NCBI RefSeq assembly: GCF_006345805.1
Contig: NC_042998.1
Coordinates: 71,796,001-71,860,000 of the forward strand
Direction of reading: 5' to 3'
Source: Octopus sinensis
Taxonomy: Eukaryota
DNA: 64,000 nt
A program made the position numbers and the translations under genes. Every line of letters begins with the position of its first letter. The first letter of the stretch is position 1. Positions 1 through 14,752 of this stretch are shown in pieces. The notes beneath the pieces were generated by a model. The model made no database searches, was not told the DNA's origin, and worked only from the letters and a program-made list of their open reading frames with translations.

Positions 1-500
1 ATCTTGGAAAGTAAATCGCCAAATTTTAAGGCATGTTTTGTAACATCTAATGTATTTGGCAAATAAAACTGCTTCATCCATATTTCAGTCCTCTAGCAAT
101 CAGTACCTCTATAGATTTATCCCTGGGGCAAAAATTTGTATTTCACGGGACAGTAACATAATATACATAGGCCTAATGGGTCCTCTCTTAGTACACAAAA
201 GTGTTATGTAGCCGTAAGAAAAGTATTCATTGCAGTGTAATGGAGAAATATTCTCGCTGTAGGGAAAATGGTGTAAAGTCACCATAGTCATATACATATA
301 TCTGTGTCTGAGTGTGTTTCTACGCGCGCGCGTGTGTGTGTGGGCGTGTACACGCGCATTGTGGTGTGTTTACAAACTAGACACAGCATGCTGAAATTCA
401 GGTGTCCCAGCGTGCACTGCATATATGCGGCGAGTGTATCTTCAATAAAATGACGCCGTAAAAATACAAAATGCTATTTTCCTAATATAATTTAGACTAA

Positions 501-1287
501 TCTCTCGCGGCGTCCAACAACATCAGAGACTTGGGAGTAATTGTGGACAACAACGTAAGCTGGGCCACTCATATAAACACCAAAGTTGACATGGCCCGCA
601 GAATGTGTTCCTGGATTCTCAGAACTTTCCAGTCGAGAGATATCCACACCATTATCCTTCTCTTCTCCACTTTTGCCCGACCCCACCTTGAATACTGTTG
701 TCCACTGTGGTCTACCCACACAATACAAGGTATCATAAAAGTTGAAGCACCTCAAAGGGCAATCACAAAAAAGATAGATGGCATGACAGGCCTCGACTAT
801 TGGGGTCGACTAGAAAGCTAAAACTCTATTCTCTCCAACGTCGTCGTGAGCGCTACTCATCTGCATGATGTGGAAAATATTCCATCAGCATTGCCCAAAT
901 GATGTTGGCATCACCTTTAAGGTACATCCAAGGCTTGGGCCCCGTGCCATCCGCCCAAAACAAAAATCGCACTCTCATCTCATAACAACAATACGGCACA
1001 ATTATTTCACCTCAATTGGCCCCGCTCTCTTTAACATTACACCAAAACACATTAAAACAGAAACTGACCCTATAGGGTTCAAGAAGTCTTTGGACAGATT
1101 CCTTCAAGAAATCCCGGATAAACCCCCTACACCCGGATATGTCTCTGTAAACAATAACTCTCTACTTGAGTGGGCCATAGTGCCCAAATTCTGACTTGAA
1201 AGACTTCACCAGGTGGTGCTATTAAGTTAGACATGGCCTGGGCCAATAATGGCCGAAACCTATCAAAGTATCAAAGTATCAAAGTAA
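501..1287 (+). mobile_element. 5'-truncated CR1/L2-type LINE 3' end (RT C-terminus, 3'UTR, tandem tail)
   Basis: Frame 501-821 reads SNNIRDLGVIVD...HINTKVDMARRMCSWILRTF...RPHLEYCCPLW (LINE RT C-terminus). After a frameshift, ORF 865-1194 ends FKKSLDRFL. The tail is (TATCAAAG)x3 at 1261-1284. Confidence 0.9.
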
Positions 1288-1379
1288 TCACATACACATC
1301 CGTACATGCATATATATTGACTCGCACACACATACATCCACAAAGAGAGAGAGGGACACACATACACGCACACTCATGG

Positions 1380-1410
<31 letters not shown>

Positions 1411-1579
1411 GACACACACATATATATACATATATATACACATATACATATAAACATATTCACTATGCATACATAACATGTATAAGTATATATATATATA
1501 TATATATACACACAAACATGTACATATCTATGTAAAATATGCACACATGCTGACATACACACACGCACACACACACACT

Positions 1580-1611
<32 letters not shown>

Positions 1612-2658
1612 ATATATATCGGGGGGTGTATTTGTGTGTGTCTGCGTACTCACGCGCTCGGGCGCGTTTGTGTATCTGCGTGTGTGTATATTTTAGAGTA
1701 GGTATATTCAAACAGCTGTAAGAAATTTTGTGTCCCGCGCTCATGTATCTATGTGCATGTGTTGTTCTTTGTGTTTAGTTGCTGTGAATATACAATGAAA
1801 GGATTGCCAATATACTTTATTTTATTCACAGACTTCATGGTATCAGAATTGACCAACTATAAAATACTTGCACGAAAGGAATAAATCCTTCAATGGTAAC
1901 ACTCTATACTTTAGGCATGTTCTCTTCAAATTTTCACTTCTACAATTATTACCGATCTTGTTTAAACATCTCCTATAAAGTATTCGAACTAGATATTGTG
2001 CGAAGAATTTATTGAACGATTATCACAGTAAGCATCTTAAACCAGCTTTATGATGATGCTCCGCTGTATTACAAGTAGCGTTCTTCTAGCTTTATCGAAA
2101 TTTTACTGCATAGTCGTAACACTTTCTTTGCTTTTGTATTTTCCTAACATGTGGGCATTATATTCACACAAATATAGAATGCATAGCAATACTCACTGCA
2201 ATGCTGTATATAATTTTTGTTGAGATGTTAAGAAAACTTGTACCATGTCACAGAGTGTTTTAAGCAGTAGTTATAAACAAGCATAACGCTGGCCTTCATC
2301 AATTTTGCAATCCGAGTTATTCATGTGCATGAAATAAATTTCTATGAGAAACGTGGATTCAATGAATGGTTTCCTTTTTTATTTCCCATATAACTGAGAT
2401 GCCATATAGCATTGTTGTGTCAATAGAAAAAGCGTTCACCATAAGTAATAATTGAAAGAAATTTCCAAATCGAACAGGTATCTTGCCTGTTCATTTCGGT
2501 GTAACATATCTATGTACCCGTCTACCTAGTTCTGTATGTATGTATGTATGTATGTTTGTATGTTTGTATGGATGTATGTATGTGTGTAGGTATGTATGTA
2601 TATATGTATGTATGTATTCATCCATCTCTGTCTGCCTGTCTGTCTGTTTGTATGTATG

Positions 2659-3057
2659 ACATTGTTCAGTTTAATTTCAAGATTTCTTGCCAATAGAGAA
2701 AGAGCCGTTTTCTCACATAGACCGAAGGCTCCTACATTGGAATTTCAACATCAACAACAGGGTATTTTTGTTTGCATGTATATGTATATGTATGTGCAGA
2801 TTTGTATCTTCTACCTTTTTTTATTGTTTTGCATATGTACACATGATCATATATATTTAAATGAAAAAATTCTGGACAATTTTCCAGAGATTTACAGTTC
2901 GAGTATTCGATTTGATCTGTAGTCTTCGAATTATCTTTCTCCTTTGTGGCTTTGAGAAGCCTAATTTCTCAAGATTGGAATTTAGGCAGAGTGATACATA
3001 TATCAGGACCTCGATACTTACTGGTAAAAACCTGAACTTGTAATCTGGATAGAATAG
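2659..3057 (-). mobile_element. RLE non-LTR retrotransposon 3' fragment (R4/Dong-like) between (TATG)n tracts
   Basis: Minus ORF 2857-3072 contains YPDYKFRFLPVSIEVLIYV...LEKLGFSKPQRRKIIRRLQIKS, resembling an RLE C-terminus (P.IIGALG-like region). The 3'UTR runs to 2659. Both junctions abut (CATA)n on the element strand. A homolog lies at 18316-18540. Confidence 0.7.
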
Positions 3058-5821
3058 CATGTATGCATGCATGTATGTATGTTTGTATGCATGTATGTAT
3101 GCATGTATGTATGTATTTATGTATGTATGTATGTATGTATGTATGTATGTATGTATGTGTGTGTGTATGTATGTATGTATGATTGCATGTATGTATGAAT
3201 GCCTCTTCTATTTCTTAATTATTAGAAATCTTCCACTTCGGTGGGAGTCAGTTTTGAACAAAAATACAAGGTTCCGACTTTGGGATGTAGTTAACATACA
3301 CAAATTTACATTTATACATTTATTTTTGCTGCTCTTGCTGCTGTTGTTTAGCAGGTGTTTCTTGAGTGGTACCATACGGCATTCGAAAGTCATCTGCACT
3401 GATCTCAGGCCACTACCACCCTAATTTTTTCTTAGGTATGGCCTGTCAACATTACTGTTTCTGTGGAAGTTCTTAGTTGTTATCAGGATTTTCCAGGTTT
3501 TGAAACCTATGAAATAGATTGCCTTAACAGATCAATCGAATATCTCGAATTTTGGGATCATCTCTAGTCCTGCAAAAGCATTGTGGGATATTGCTTTGTT
3601 ATAAGAGGAGAGTTCTGACTGCCATATTTTCCTAAGGCTGGTTTACTATTCAGGGGTCACTCTATCTTTATTCATAGTGCCTTCATATGATACAGTTTCG
3701 TCAAATGTATGTATGTATACATATGCATATTATTATAGATATATACATGCATCTGATTATATCCCAGCTGCTTATGTTAATGTCCCCACCAAGATGCACA
3801 AAACTAGCTAGTGGCGAAATTGAGTTTGCTCCATAACGCTCGATGGTTTGAGCATCTAAGCGTCTATTGTGTCTGTTATTTCCTGTCTTACCGTGTGTTT
3901 TCTGAGCCGCATTTATATGTATACACCATTGTTAATGTGATAGATTATAAAAAGAAATAAATGCGTAAAACAATGAAATATTGAATTTTCTTCTAAGTTG
4001 TTAATATTGTGAATTTTGGAGTGCAATTGATGACCCAAAAATGCTTCTCGGAAATTTTATAGTATATATATATATATATGTGTAGGTGATTTTGTTTGAA
4101 ACGGATGGAAAATGTGATGTATTCATGCCAACCATCACATTATTCATGGGAGTGAATGTTAATCAATATTTAAGAAAACCGATTCTGTTTGGCATCACAT
4201 ATGGTGTAAGAGATTACAGCTATTCGAAATACATATTGCCGCCATTTACAATACTTGGTCTGTGTTGCGGGCAATGAAGTGGGGTTTTATACTCTAATAG
4301 TGATTAGCGCTTCGATTAGATTTAGTACGAGGATTTGTTTGTGTTATAAATGTACAATCATGTGTATAAGATTAGCGTTCTGAGCTGCATAAGGTGAGTC
4401 ACAAACATGCTGCATGGAGTGACCGGCTTAAAACAGGTAAACCTCCGATGATTTAGCTCACTTGAGACAAAAAGATTAGTCATGACTGGCATAAAATTCA
4501 GTAGCAAAATATAGATTGTATTGCGCTTAAACTTTTCGAGGAATGCAAATGCAATGATACCTATGTAAACAATAGATTTGAAGGCGAAAAACACATTCAC
4601 GCTGTTTGAAGTGTCAATGTGTTTCTTGTGGTTACGGGTATATAAGGATATCGCTCGGTACAGAAGATTAACGATTGAAAATCAAACGACACTACTGAAA
4701 CGATATCGCTTTAAGTGTATCCAAAATTTTGTTTTCAATAGGTAAAATGAGATGTATGACATCGATTATTACAAAACCTACACTGTATATTGTTGGTATG
4801 AAGATTTGTAGTAGTTTTTGGAATTTGTAAAAGAATGCGGGGCAGATACTTAAGCAAAAGTAACTAGGAAGTGTTTTCCTACCTAATCCAGTTAATTTAT
4901 TGGTGAGGTGTGCGTGTATAAACCTCATTTTAAAAAGAACTAAAACGACGATAAGAAGGCTATGGATGGCTTAATAAGTTTGCATTAGGGCTAGGTAAGA
5001 TATGACAGTTCTCGAAAAGGGGAAGGTAGCGATGAAATGTGCTTCAAGACAGTGAATACGAAGCATTGATTTTAGGACAGGTGTCACCAGAAAACACCAT
5101 AAGATCGTAAAGTAAAACATAATGGTTTTATATTTCATATTATTAGAACCCTAAAAACGTTAGCAGTGTGTTTTAAATTAGTTTTAAAAAATATAGATTT
5201 CGTTATCACTAGCGTTGGTTATGTTTTAGCGGGACTGAAATATTATCAAATCCTGTGTAAGACCAATGAGAATATAGCGCCCAACTTACCTTTAGTGTTT
5301 GTAAATCACGAATTATGTGATTTCATGTAACTGTCGCCTTTCATATTTAAAAATTTAAGGACCAGTTGTTATGTTGCTATGTTAAAAAGAAAAAGTGATA
5401 TCTCAGTATCAGAATAGTTTCTCTTGTCATGGAATGTCGACAGTGCAAATGCATACCGCGAGAGAAATATATGCTTCAGTGTTAGAAATGTTGGCCCTGG
5501 AAGATGTATGACCCATGTAGACATCTAACTTCATAAATCTGTAACAACCTCATATGAAAGAGGTGAGAAAAGAGCCGACCTGCGGGGAGTATAAAAAGTG
5601 TATTAATAGTATATCATTAAAAAATTTCTTGTCTGACATCTTTATTCTTCCGGACTGAAAATAAGCGCATAAATATCTTCCATAAAAAGGTGAAAATGTC
5701 AGTAGTGGTATGGCTAGCAGTGTTGGGTGAGAAATAAAATAGTAGCGTCTCAAGGAAGCAATTAGTATAGCCTCTGTTTTACGCTAAATAATACTTTTGC
5801 AAAAGCACGCATACACATGCA

Positions 5822-5987
5822 TACATGAAGGGCTTCTTTCACTTTCCTTCCACCAAATCCACTCAAAAGATTTTGATAGGACCAAAGCTATAGTAGAAGC
5901 ACTCGCTCAAGGTACCAAGCAGTAGTACTGACAAGGGAAGCATGTGGTTGGGCGGTTGGGAAGCAAGCTTCTGATGTCACAGCTACG

Positions 5988-5990
<3 letters not shown>
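5822..5990 (-). mobile_element. tRNA-derived SINE family A, 5' half
   Basis: Reverse complement of the head of the full copies at 30391 and 50956 (gaagcttgcttcccaacc...gtggatttggt...gaaagaagccc). Confidence 0.75.
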
Positions 5991-6047
<57 letters not shown>

Positions 6048-7237
6048 CAGACACACTCAGATACACACACATATACAGTGGAGAACTAAGATATACATCG
6101 CTATAAAAATTCAATTCCTACGTACGTTTTACTATTGCAGCTATTTCGAATTCAGACTTCGATGTTGATTTTAAATAGAGGTTTACGTTAACAAGAAAGC
6201 TGAAAATGAATGGATATGCATATGATCCAGCAATTCAACATGTATTGAAATTTTTCGATTGCTTTCTAAAACTAAATTTGTATAAGACATACTTTCTCGA
6301 GAGGAATACCGGCACCGCGGTTCATGGCATTTTCACATTATATCCATGTTAATTGGACGTACACACCCACTCATGTATTCTCTTATATTTGAAATAGTTT
6401 CTATGTATTTGAACGGTCATCATAACATGATGGAAGAATGGCATATTTATGAATATTGATTAGACAACATTATGTTATGAAATATTAAATATATATGATT
6501 TAAAGTAATTATTCATATATTCATATAGTAAAACTACACAAATTTATTATTAATTACATAAATATTAAGCAAACATGAAAACAAGTTTTAAGTGATTGCT
6601 AAGATATATATTAATGATCAATTATAACGTAAGTTTTGTGTCTCGTGCCCCAATATCTAAATGAAATATTGATCGAAATTATAACCAGATTGTACGTTCA
6701 TAAAAATGATTTACATACTATTGGTATAAAACTCTGACATTAAGTACAAAATATTTGAACTTCTTTGCGTTCTGAAACTATAAGTTTTAAATAACATATT
6801 GCATAAAAGTGGAAGATATGAAAATTGATTGTAAAATCAATATTAAAATTGGACGCGGAACTTTACTTGTGTTAGAGAAGATTGATTCAAAGCGAATGAA
6901 CCAATGATCGAGCCAAATCTGTGGCACAAACACACACAGATACACACAAAACAAACACACACGCGTATGTGTGTATATATAGTTTACTGTTCCATTAAGG
7001 TAGGATCAAGAAGAGACGCACTCCTTCTGTGAGACATAAATGCCATACAATGTACTCGATACTAATAGTTTCCTTATTCTCTGTAAATTCAATGAAATTT
7101 ATCTCACTGGATGGAGCATAATTTTTTTTGTCTTATGTTAACGGAACATAATCTATATATCTTTGTCGTGAGTTTGGGTGACTCTAAAAATTCTATTAAC
7201 TCACACACATATACACTCACACACAATATGTATATAT

Positions 7238-7283
<46 letters not shown>

Positions 7284-7290
7284 GCGCATT

Positions 7291-7344
<54 letters not shown>

Positions 7345-7892
7345 TATGTGAGCACAGGGCTATAGATCACTATAGTAGTAATAATAACGATAGTTTTTAA
7401 TAATAATGTTTAGAATATTCCATTACTTCTTGACATACATCTAATACTAGTAAATCAAAATCTCTTCAAATATACATGCATACTTACATACATACATGCA
7501 CATATATACGAGACTTTTGTATGCCAAAGATGTAAAATAGTAACAACTAATTAATAAATACAATATGTTGTTAATCCGTTGATCCAACATCTATAAAACA
7601 CTCTCAAACAATTTACTTGCCTATATATCATAGAAGATTGTAAAATTTTATTTACATTTCTGATGATTAGATTTCATATTATACTCTTATACATCTATCT
7701 GTTTCCATAGTTGTAGTCTTACAGCCTCTTTATTCTTTGTAAATGCATTTACAATTCCAAGAATATTGCTCATCCGCTTATCTATTTTAATTTATAACTT
7801 CCTTCTATAACTGTTTTGTCAGTATTTTGTAATACTTTTCTTACTATTATTTTGTTAATACTAGTTTTATTTGGTATTTAATAGGACGCTAA

Positions 7893-8938
7893 TTGGTGCC
7901 TTCCTCTCAGATCGCTCCTTCCAATGGTTCGCGGTCCGACGTCTCCAGTGCGAGCAGTGTCGTGCCTCAAGGTTCAGTGCTTGGGCCCTTGTTGTTCTTA
8001 GTCTTCATAAATGACTTGCCCGACGACCTCACGCAACACACCCTTCTATTTGCCGACGATATCAAACTGGTCGCTCCTCGCGGTAGTATAGAGGATCTTC
8101 ATCGATGCCTCCACCAAATTTGGAAGTGGTCTAACGATTGGGACCTGTGTCTGAACGTGTCAAAGTGCTGTCATCTGCCTGTCGGCTCTACTCCTGCAAC
8201 TCAACTTGATTTCGAGCCGGGTCGTCTGCTGCTGGAGAGGACCGATCAGGTAAAGGACCTGGGTATCTTGGTGGATTCCTCCTTTTCGCCTTCGGCCCAG
8301 TGCGTCCATGCTGCCAACAAAGCGCGCGGAATTCTGTTTTTGATTCGACGGTCATTCGGAATGCTCACAGCAGCCATATTCCTGCCACTCTATGTCACGC
8401 TGGTGAGACCCATATTGGAGTATAGGATTCAAGCCTCTTCTCCTTATCTCCTCAAAGACATACAGCACCTTGAAAGAGTCCAGAGGCTGGCTACCCGCAT
8501 GGTTCATGGTCTCAAAAATTTGTCCTACGAAGAAAGGCTGAGGACGCTCGACCTTTGTTCTCTTGAAAAACGCCGCCGCCGTGGTGATCTCATTCTCGCC
8601 CACAACATCATAAGCGGGAAGTGTAACCTCTCGAAAGAGCTGTTCTTCACTCCTGCTCCGGAGCGTCGGCTGCGGGGTCATTCCGAAAAGCTCTACCTGC
8701 GACGATTTCATCTCAATCGAAGGAGAGGAGCTTTCTCCGTCCGGGTTGTGGATCCGTGGAACAAGCTGCCAGACGAGATGGTGAAGATGCCGACGACCGC
8801 TTTGTTCAAAGCCTCCCTGGACCTCAAGTGGCCTGAACTCTTTACATGAACACCACCCTGTACTTAACTCCATGTCCCCCTACATGGCCTTGCTATTTGC
8901 TTTTGAGCCAAATTAACTAACTAACTAACTAACTAACT
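7893..8938 (+). mobile_element. Young 5'-truncated CR1/L2-type LINE with uninterrupted RT C-terminal frame (7893-8849) and (TAAC)n tail
   Basis: 318-aa open frame with VPQGSVLGPLLFLVFINDLP, LFADD, KDLGILVD, RPILEY and RVVDPWNKLP. (TAAC)n tail at ~8914-8938. Confidence 0.95.
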
Positions 8939-9977
8939 ACTATCAGCTCCTTACATTCTATTTCTATCTTTCTATACTTCATAACACTTTTCTTATAATT
9001 CAAAATATCATCTCTCTTCTTCACTTCTTTCTTCTCTCCCATCATCTTTGTTTCTTTGATGCTAATCCTAGCATTCCCATACCTCCTATAAAAGGCTATT
9101 CTAAGTATATTACTGCCCAAATATCAATAGCTACACCTCTGTTCAACACAATAACCTATCCATATTTTATGTCACCTAAGCTAACTGGCCTTGCGTAACA
9201 ATCGATTTAAATTAGTAGCATAGGTGCATTTCTGTGCTTTTAACTTCTTTACTATATATCTTTCTCTAGTTATGACATCGTAGTTTTTTTCTCACAATTG
9301 CATTATGCATCAATGTGTTATTACAGTGTTTTTGTTCTTTCGTAGTGTGATGAAAGTATTCACTGGATTCCACATGTGATAGACCATCAGGTCAGAGAAC
9401 CCATGCGAATTTTCTTTTGAGAAACTTTCAATGAAACCTGCCCCAACATGAGAGCCATTATAACAAAGAAGTTACACTAGATGCCTACTCGAATAAATAA
9501 TTGCGGCAGCGCAAATAATTATACACTCTACAAAACACGGACAGTTAGCTAATTAGAATGCAAATCTGAAGTGGGCTCACTTATACAAAATAACGAACCA
9601 GAAATAAAAAATATATATATATATTGGTCTACCAGAATACTGCGCCACTTTTATTAGATAGTATTTCGTATACTTCCCCAACATCCGTATCTACGCACTC
9701 AAATGTCCCCTGCAATTCAATTTTATCGAGTAAAGCTTGGAGCATCTCCAATATAAAGACTCAGAACTGGGTATCGCTCGGCAGTTGCACACATATGATT
9801 CCTCTGTCCTTGTTTTCGTAGGTCTTAGAAATTCAGATCTCCTGAATTTTGCCTCTAGAACAACTATAAGTTGCTGTCCCTTCATTTCTTATGAATTGCA
9901 TTCCCAGCCTGATAATAAAGAACTTCACTTCCTCATTTGCAAAGCATAGGCCGTACTGCACAATCGCACACAACGAA

Positions 9978-10012
<35 letters not shown>

Positions 10013-11744
10013 TGCAAACACGCGCGCACACACACAAATAAAAATAATAATTTCAAATATACCGACATTTAGTGCCGCATTTATTTACACATGGACACTC
10101 TCGCATGCCAGGGCGTACATCCCTCCACTCTGCCATGCCAGATATACAATAATCGAACTACGATATATATATAATATTAGCCCATATGCACACATGGAAG
10201 TGCACAATTTACATTCATCGACAAAAATAAAACTCTTGCATACTTAAAGGAGTCTCAGTCACATACACTTTAGTTCACCAGGTGCATACAGACACTTACA
10301 CCCACATCCATACACAAAACGCACATTGCTTTAGAAATGCACGTGCTCATGCACGTACACATGAAAATATACCCATCACACTTCTGAGGTGACAGGACCT
10401 CTTTTAACTGTCGATGTTTCAAAATGAAAGCAAATGTTTCTGTACACCCTTCACTCTAGTCATCATTTTAATAAACATACCTTGCATACACACGAAAACG
10501 CACCTCTTAGAAATTTGCATAAAAACAAGAATATATGTGGAAGTACAAGACCAAAGAATTATGTTATTACCAAAATGTATAAGAAAATATCGTCAGGCAA
10601 TTATTTAAATGACACACGCAATCATGTTTGAAAATTTAGTAGTGAAGACGTATACGGATATATTTTTAAGTAACTTAGAGATAAAATTTAATGGATAAAG
10701 TTATTAAAACTATAAATACAATAGTATTTTACTGTTCTGAACCACTCTTTTCAACACTAGCGTGCAATTTCAAAAGTAGAAATGTAACTTAGAAGGGCTA
10801 AAACAGAAACTTGATGAATTGCTTCCTTGCTTTCTTGAATTGTTTACTTGATTTTGGAAGGTAAACAGGTAAATTACCATTATTTTTCCATGATTTCGAT
10901 TACGTTTATTAATATGATTATTTAGGTTAAACTTCAAAGAACATTTATAGCATTTTAAGAAATTCAAATCTTGAAGATCTTAAATAATAGAAAATAGGTT
11001 AATATAAATTTTGGTAAATTATATGAAATAAATGGATGGAAATTACTAAATTTGAAATTTTAAAGATGGAAAAACTCATATTGATTAAGGAATTTACATT
11101 GAATTCACAGTGTACATCTGACGAATGCAGAAAACATAATATAGGAGATATAAAAAATAGATATGGAGAAATAATACTTAATTTAAATCTGTAAGAGTGT
11201 ATGAGAGTATCAAATCACTCATATAGAGGAGACCGAAATGATGCAAAAATTTCTGCAAAACATCTAGAAATAGTAATTAACCTATAGAAGTGCATGTGTA
11301 TTAAGTGACAGGATAAGGAAATATTGATTTATGAATTTTATCTAATATAGAATATGAGATAATCTTGTTCTAAAAAAATAAATATTTTCCAAGAAGGAAC
11401 AGCAAATATTGATTAAGGAATTTACATTGGATTAGTCAATTTGATGTAGTGATTAGAAAGTATCGATTAAGGAAATATAATGAAATATCATGATCAGTAT
11501 TGATTAATTCAAACCTACGATAACATATAGTTTGTTTCATAAGAAACATCAACTATAGTACATAAGAGAAGATTGTAATAATTCAGAAATCAAGTTTAAA
11601 CATGTATTTGAAATAAATCTCCATACACTGTTCGCTTTCCAGACATTTCTACATTACTGCATATACTGTATACGCACATTTTGACAAGTTGTGGTGCACC
11701 GGAGCACTGTATACAATAATTTCATTATTATTATTATTATTATT

Positions 11745-12210
11745 GAGTGAGAGAGCAGTTCATGCCATCAAAGTGACACTGGGGTAAAATATACGAAGCC
11801 CAATATACCCATCATGACTACCCGTCTGATAAGGGTACACCAGGCACATGCATCACAACCAAATGTGCGCGACATAGTGATCTTATATCAAGATAAACAG
11901 CACATGACCTTGCAGGTGGGGCCCAGTTAGAATTTTCTTCAGGTTGAGTAGCCCATCCCGCTCAAACGGTCCCTGAATAAGGGCTGTTTAAGGATGTTGA
12001 AAAAACCACCCATGTTTCCAGAGGTGAATTATTCAAACCCCAAAGAATCCCTCTCAACACATGGCTATGATGCTCCCCCACTACTTCTGCTCGTGATCAG
12101 AGATGCACATATCGTCAGCCACTAAGAGACATACTCAACTGGTTATGGTCAAACAACTGACAAGCAAATCTGTGGTATTGAGCAGAATATTTGCTGTAGC
12201 CCATCTTTTT
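11745..12210 (-). mobile_element. Non-coding interspersed element inserted in (ATT)n
   Basis: Flanked by (ATT)n on both sides (11724-11744 and 12211-12240). Both ends are homologous by reverse complement to 54016-54140 and 54385-54450. Confidence 0.75.
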
Positions 12211-13639
12211 ATTATTATTATTATTATTATCATTATTATTATAAATAATAATTCTGCGTGTTTTAAAGGGGTTCTAAAAGAATTTACCCAACACATTTTG
12301 TTCTACGGTATAATATATGATCATTTTATCTTTCAAATGTAGAAAATGATTTGCTGGGGCGCACTATTTTAAATGATCAAAAGTAAGACTTTAAAATCTT
12401 GAATGCGAATTATAACAAAAAAAAAGTTCACTACTCAATATTTTTTTATTATTCATTTAAGTGTAGCAAATATGATATGTAGACCAAGAATGCATTAATC
12501 AGAAAAATGCGGTCTCTTCATGTATTTATCATATTACCTAAATAAATTGAGATAAATAATGTACAAAAAATGATGGGGATGAAAACACTAAAATAAATTT
12601 ATATGAAGTTCAACTCAGAATAACATTAATACTTGCGTTAAGTAATAAATTGAAAATGGTTTCATTTCTTCAAGTTTGTATGCACACAAAACGAAAAATC
12701 TTCATTCATATCAGCACATTTTGCAAATTGAAAATGTGAGCAGAATAAAGATTGCATCCTCTATTGTTGTTAATATTTTCAACATACTGATTTGTTTTTT
12801 AAGTTCCAGAAGTGGCGTGTTAACGATATTTTGTTGCTCTTAAGTAATGGAATCTCTCCTAAATTTTTGAGAAATAGCTGTTATTCCGATTTATTATTTC
12901 TATATGATATCGGTACTTATCTTTATTGCTAAATTGCATCAAGTCTGGTTCTAAGAATTTTGAATTTAAACTATTCATTTATAATCATTTTTCAGTGTGT
13001 AGGAAAGGCGACGTTTAGCCAAAACAGTGGTGTAATAGAATAATTTAACGTCACTGTTTTTTGAATTATGATAGCATTCATGTTAATATTCTTTTGTCGG
13101 CAATCACTGTATCCACGGCAAAAATGAAAGGCTGAAATTGAGTACTAATTTGTTTTTCTATTCAAATATATATACTATAGGTAAATCCATTCTATTTTGG
13201 GTATGTTACATTCTAATTGTTCTAAGAGGATATGTTTCTTAGTAAATTGTTGAAACAATATAAGACATGATATGTATTATTTTCTTGATAACACTATAAG
13301 CGGTTTCAACATTTGTGATATAGATATATGCGATTAAATTTATATAAAAAGTTTCTTAATACAAAACATATCACTTTAAATACCGAATAAACAGGACTTA
13401 GGCTATATCACTGCTGTTATCTATAACTAACATACCTGTGTCGACAAAAATGATAACAGTTTTATTAATGATAGAAAATGTCACATCAACTCAATGGGAA
13501 ATGCCATTAATAAATGTCAGCAATCTAGAAAACATAGGTATATAAACTGAATTGTAGCACTTCAGGAATCAGATACTAGTGGAACGACTCGGTTGAATGC
13601 ATCGCCCACATACTGTATATGTCTGCATACACAAAGACA

Positions 13640-13671
<32 letters not shown>

Positions 13672-13813
13672 CACACACGGTACTTGTGAATGTATATATA
13701 TATGTAGATATATATATATGCACAAGCGTGTATATATATATGTATGTATATATATATATATGTATATGCATATACAGAAAATTCCAGGTAAGTACTTGAT
13801 AACTGTAAGCACC

Positions 13814-13867
<54 letters not shown>

Positions 13868-14399
13868 TGTATGTATGTATATATGTGCACAAGCATGTAT
13901 ACACACGATCACCTTTCTTTTCCTTCAGTTTGTTGTGCAGTCCAGACGCATTCCTATCTGTCTCCTCTCCTATCTTTTCTCTTATCAAAGAATTTTCTTC
14001 CACCACTCCCTACATTATCTCGTCTGAGCCTAACGGCCCTCACTGTTCGTATTCGTTTCGTTTGTTTTGTTGTATTTCCGCTTTTTGGTTACAAACTTTG
14101 AACCTTCGCAAATCCCGAATTTTATTTTGGTTCGTGGGAGTAACTGCCTTCAAAGACTTATATTGTTCATTATTTAAAATAAGGAGTAGAAAGAAACCCA
14201 ACAACTGATCACGGGTCGTTTTTTATGTTACTTGACTTGTTTTCCATTTGTTTCTCTTGTTCTTTGCATACCCAAAGTTATTTTCGTATTTCATGTTGTT
14301 TACGTTTTGTGGCGTCCTATACATACATATATATGTAAATATGTGTGTATATATATATATATACATATATATATTCTTTTATTCTTTTCTTTTACTTGA

Positions 14400-14600
14400 T
14401 CCAGTCATTTATTTGACTGTGGCCATGCTAGAGCAAAATCTGTAGTCGAGCAAATCGACCCTAGGACTTATTCTTTGTAAGCCTTGTACTTATTCTATCA
14501 GCCTCCTTTGCCGAACCGCTAAGTTACGGGGAGGTAAATACACCAGCATCGGTTGAGAAGCCATGTCGGGGGACAAACACAAACACACACACAGAAACAC
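14400..14600 (-). mobile_element. SINE family A, 3' half
   Basis: Matches the reverse complement of 30610-30780 (ggccatgct, gacttattctttgtaagcc, tttgccgaaccgctaagt, accagcatcggttg). Confidence 0.85.
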
Positions 14601-14601
14601 A

Positions 14602-14674
<73 letters not shown>

Positions 14675-14752
14675 CATACGCACACACACACGTACACATC
14701 TGTCTGTCACTGAGTATATAACCATGTGGTTGTTTGTGTGTGCATCTTCATT

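Noticed and set aside
8352-8873. 173-aa minus-strand ORF
   Set aside because: Antisense shadow of the LINE RT frame.
8940-9170. Possible old minus-strand RT (YLGS-like) flanking the young LINE
   Set aside because: Single short motif with many stops; no TSD or continuation could be confirmed.
9680-9960. GC-moderate block with short ORFs on both strands
   Set aside because: No recognisable motif; probably an old TE fragment that I cannot classify.
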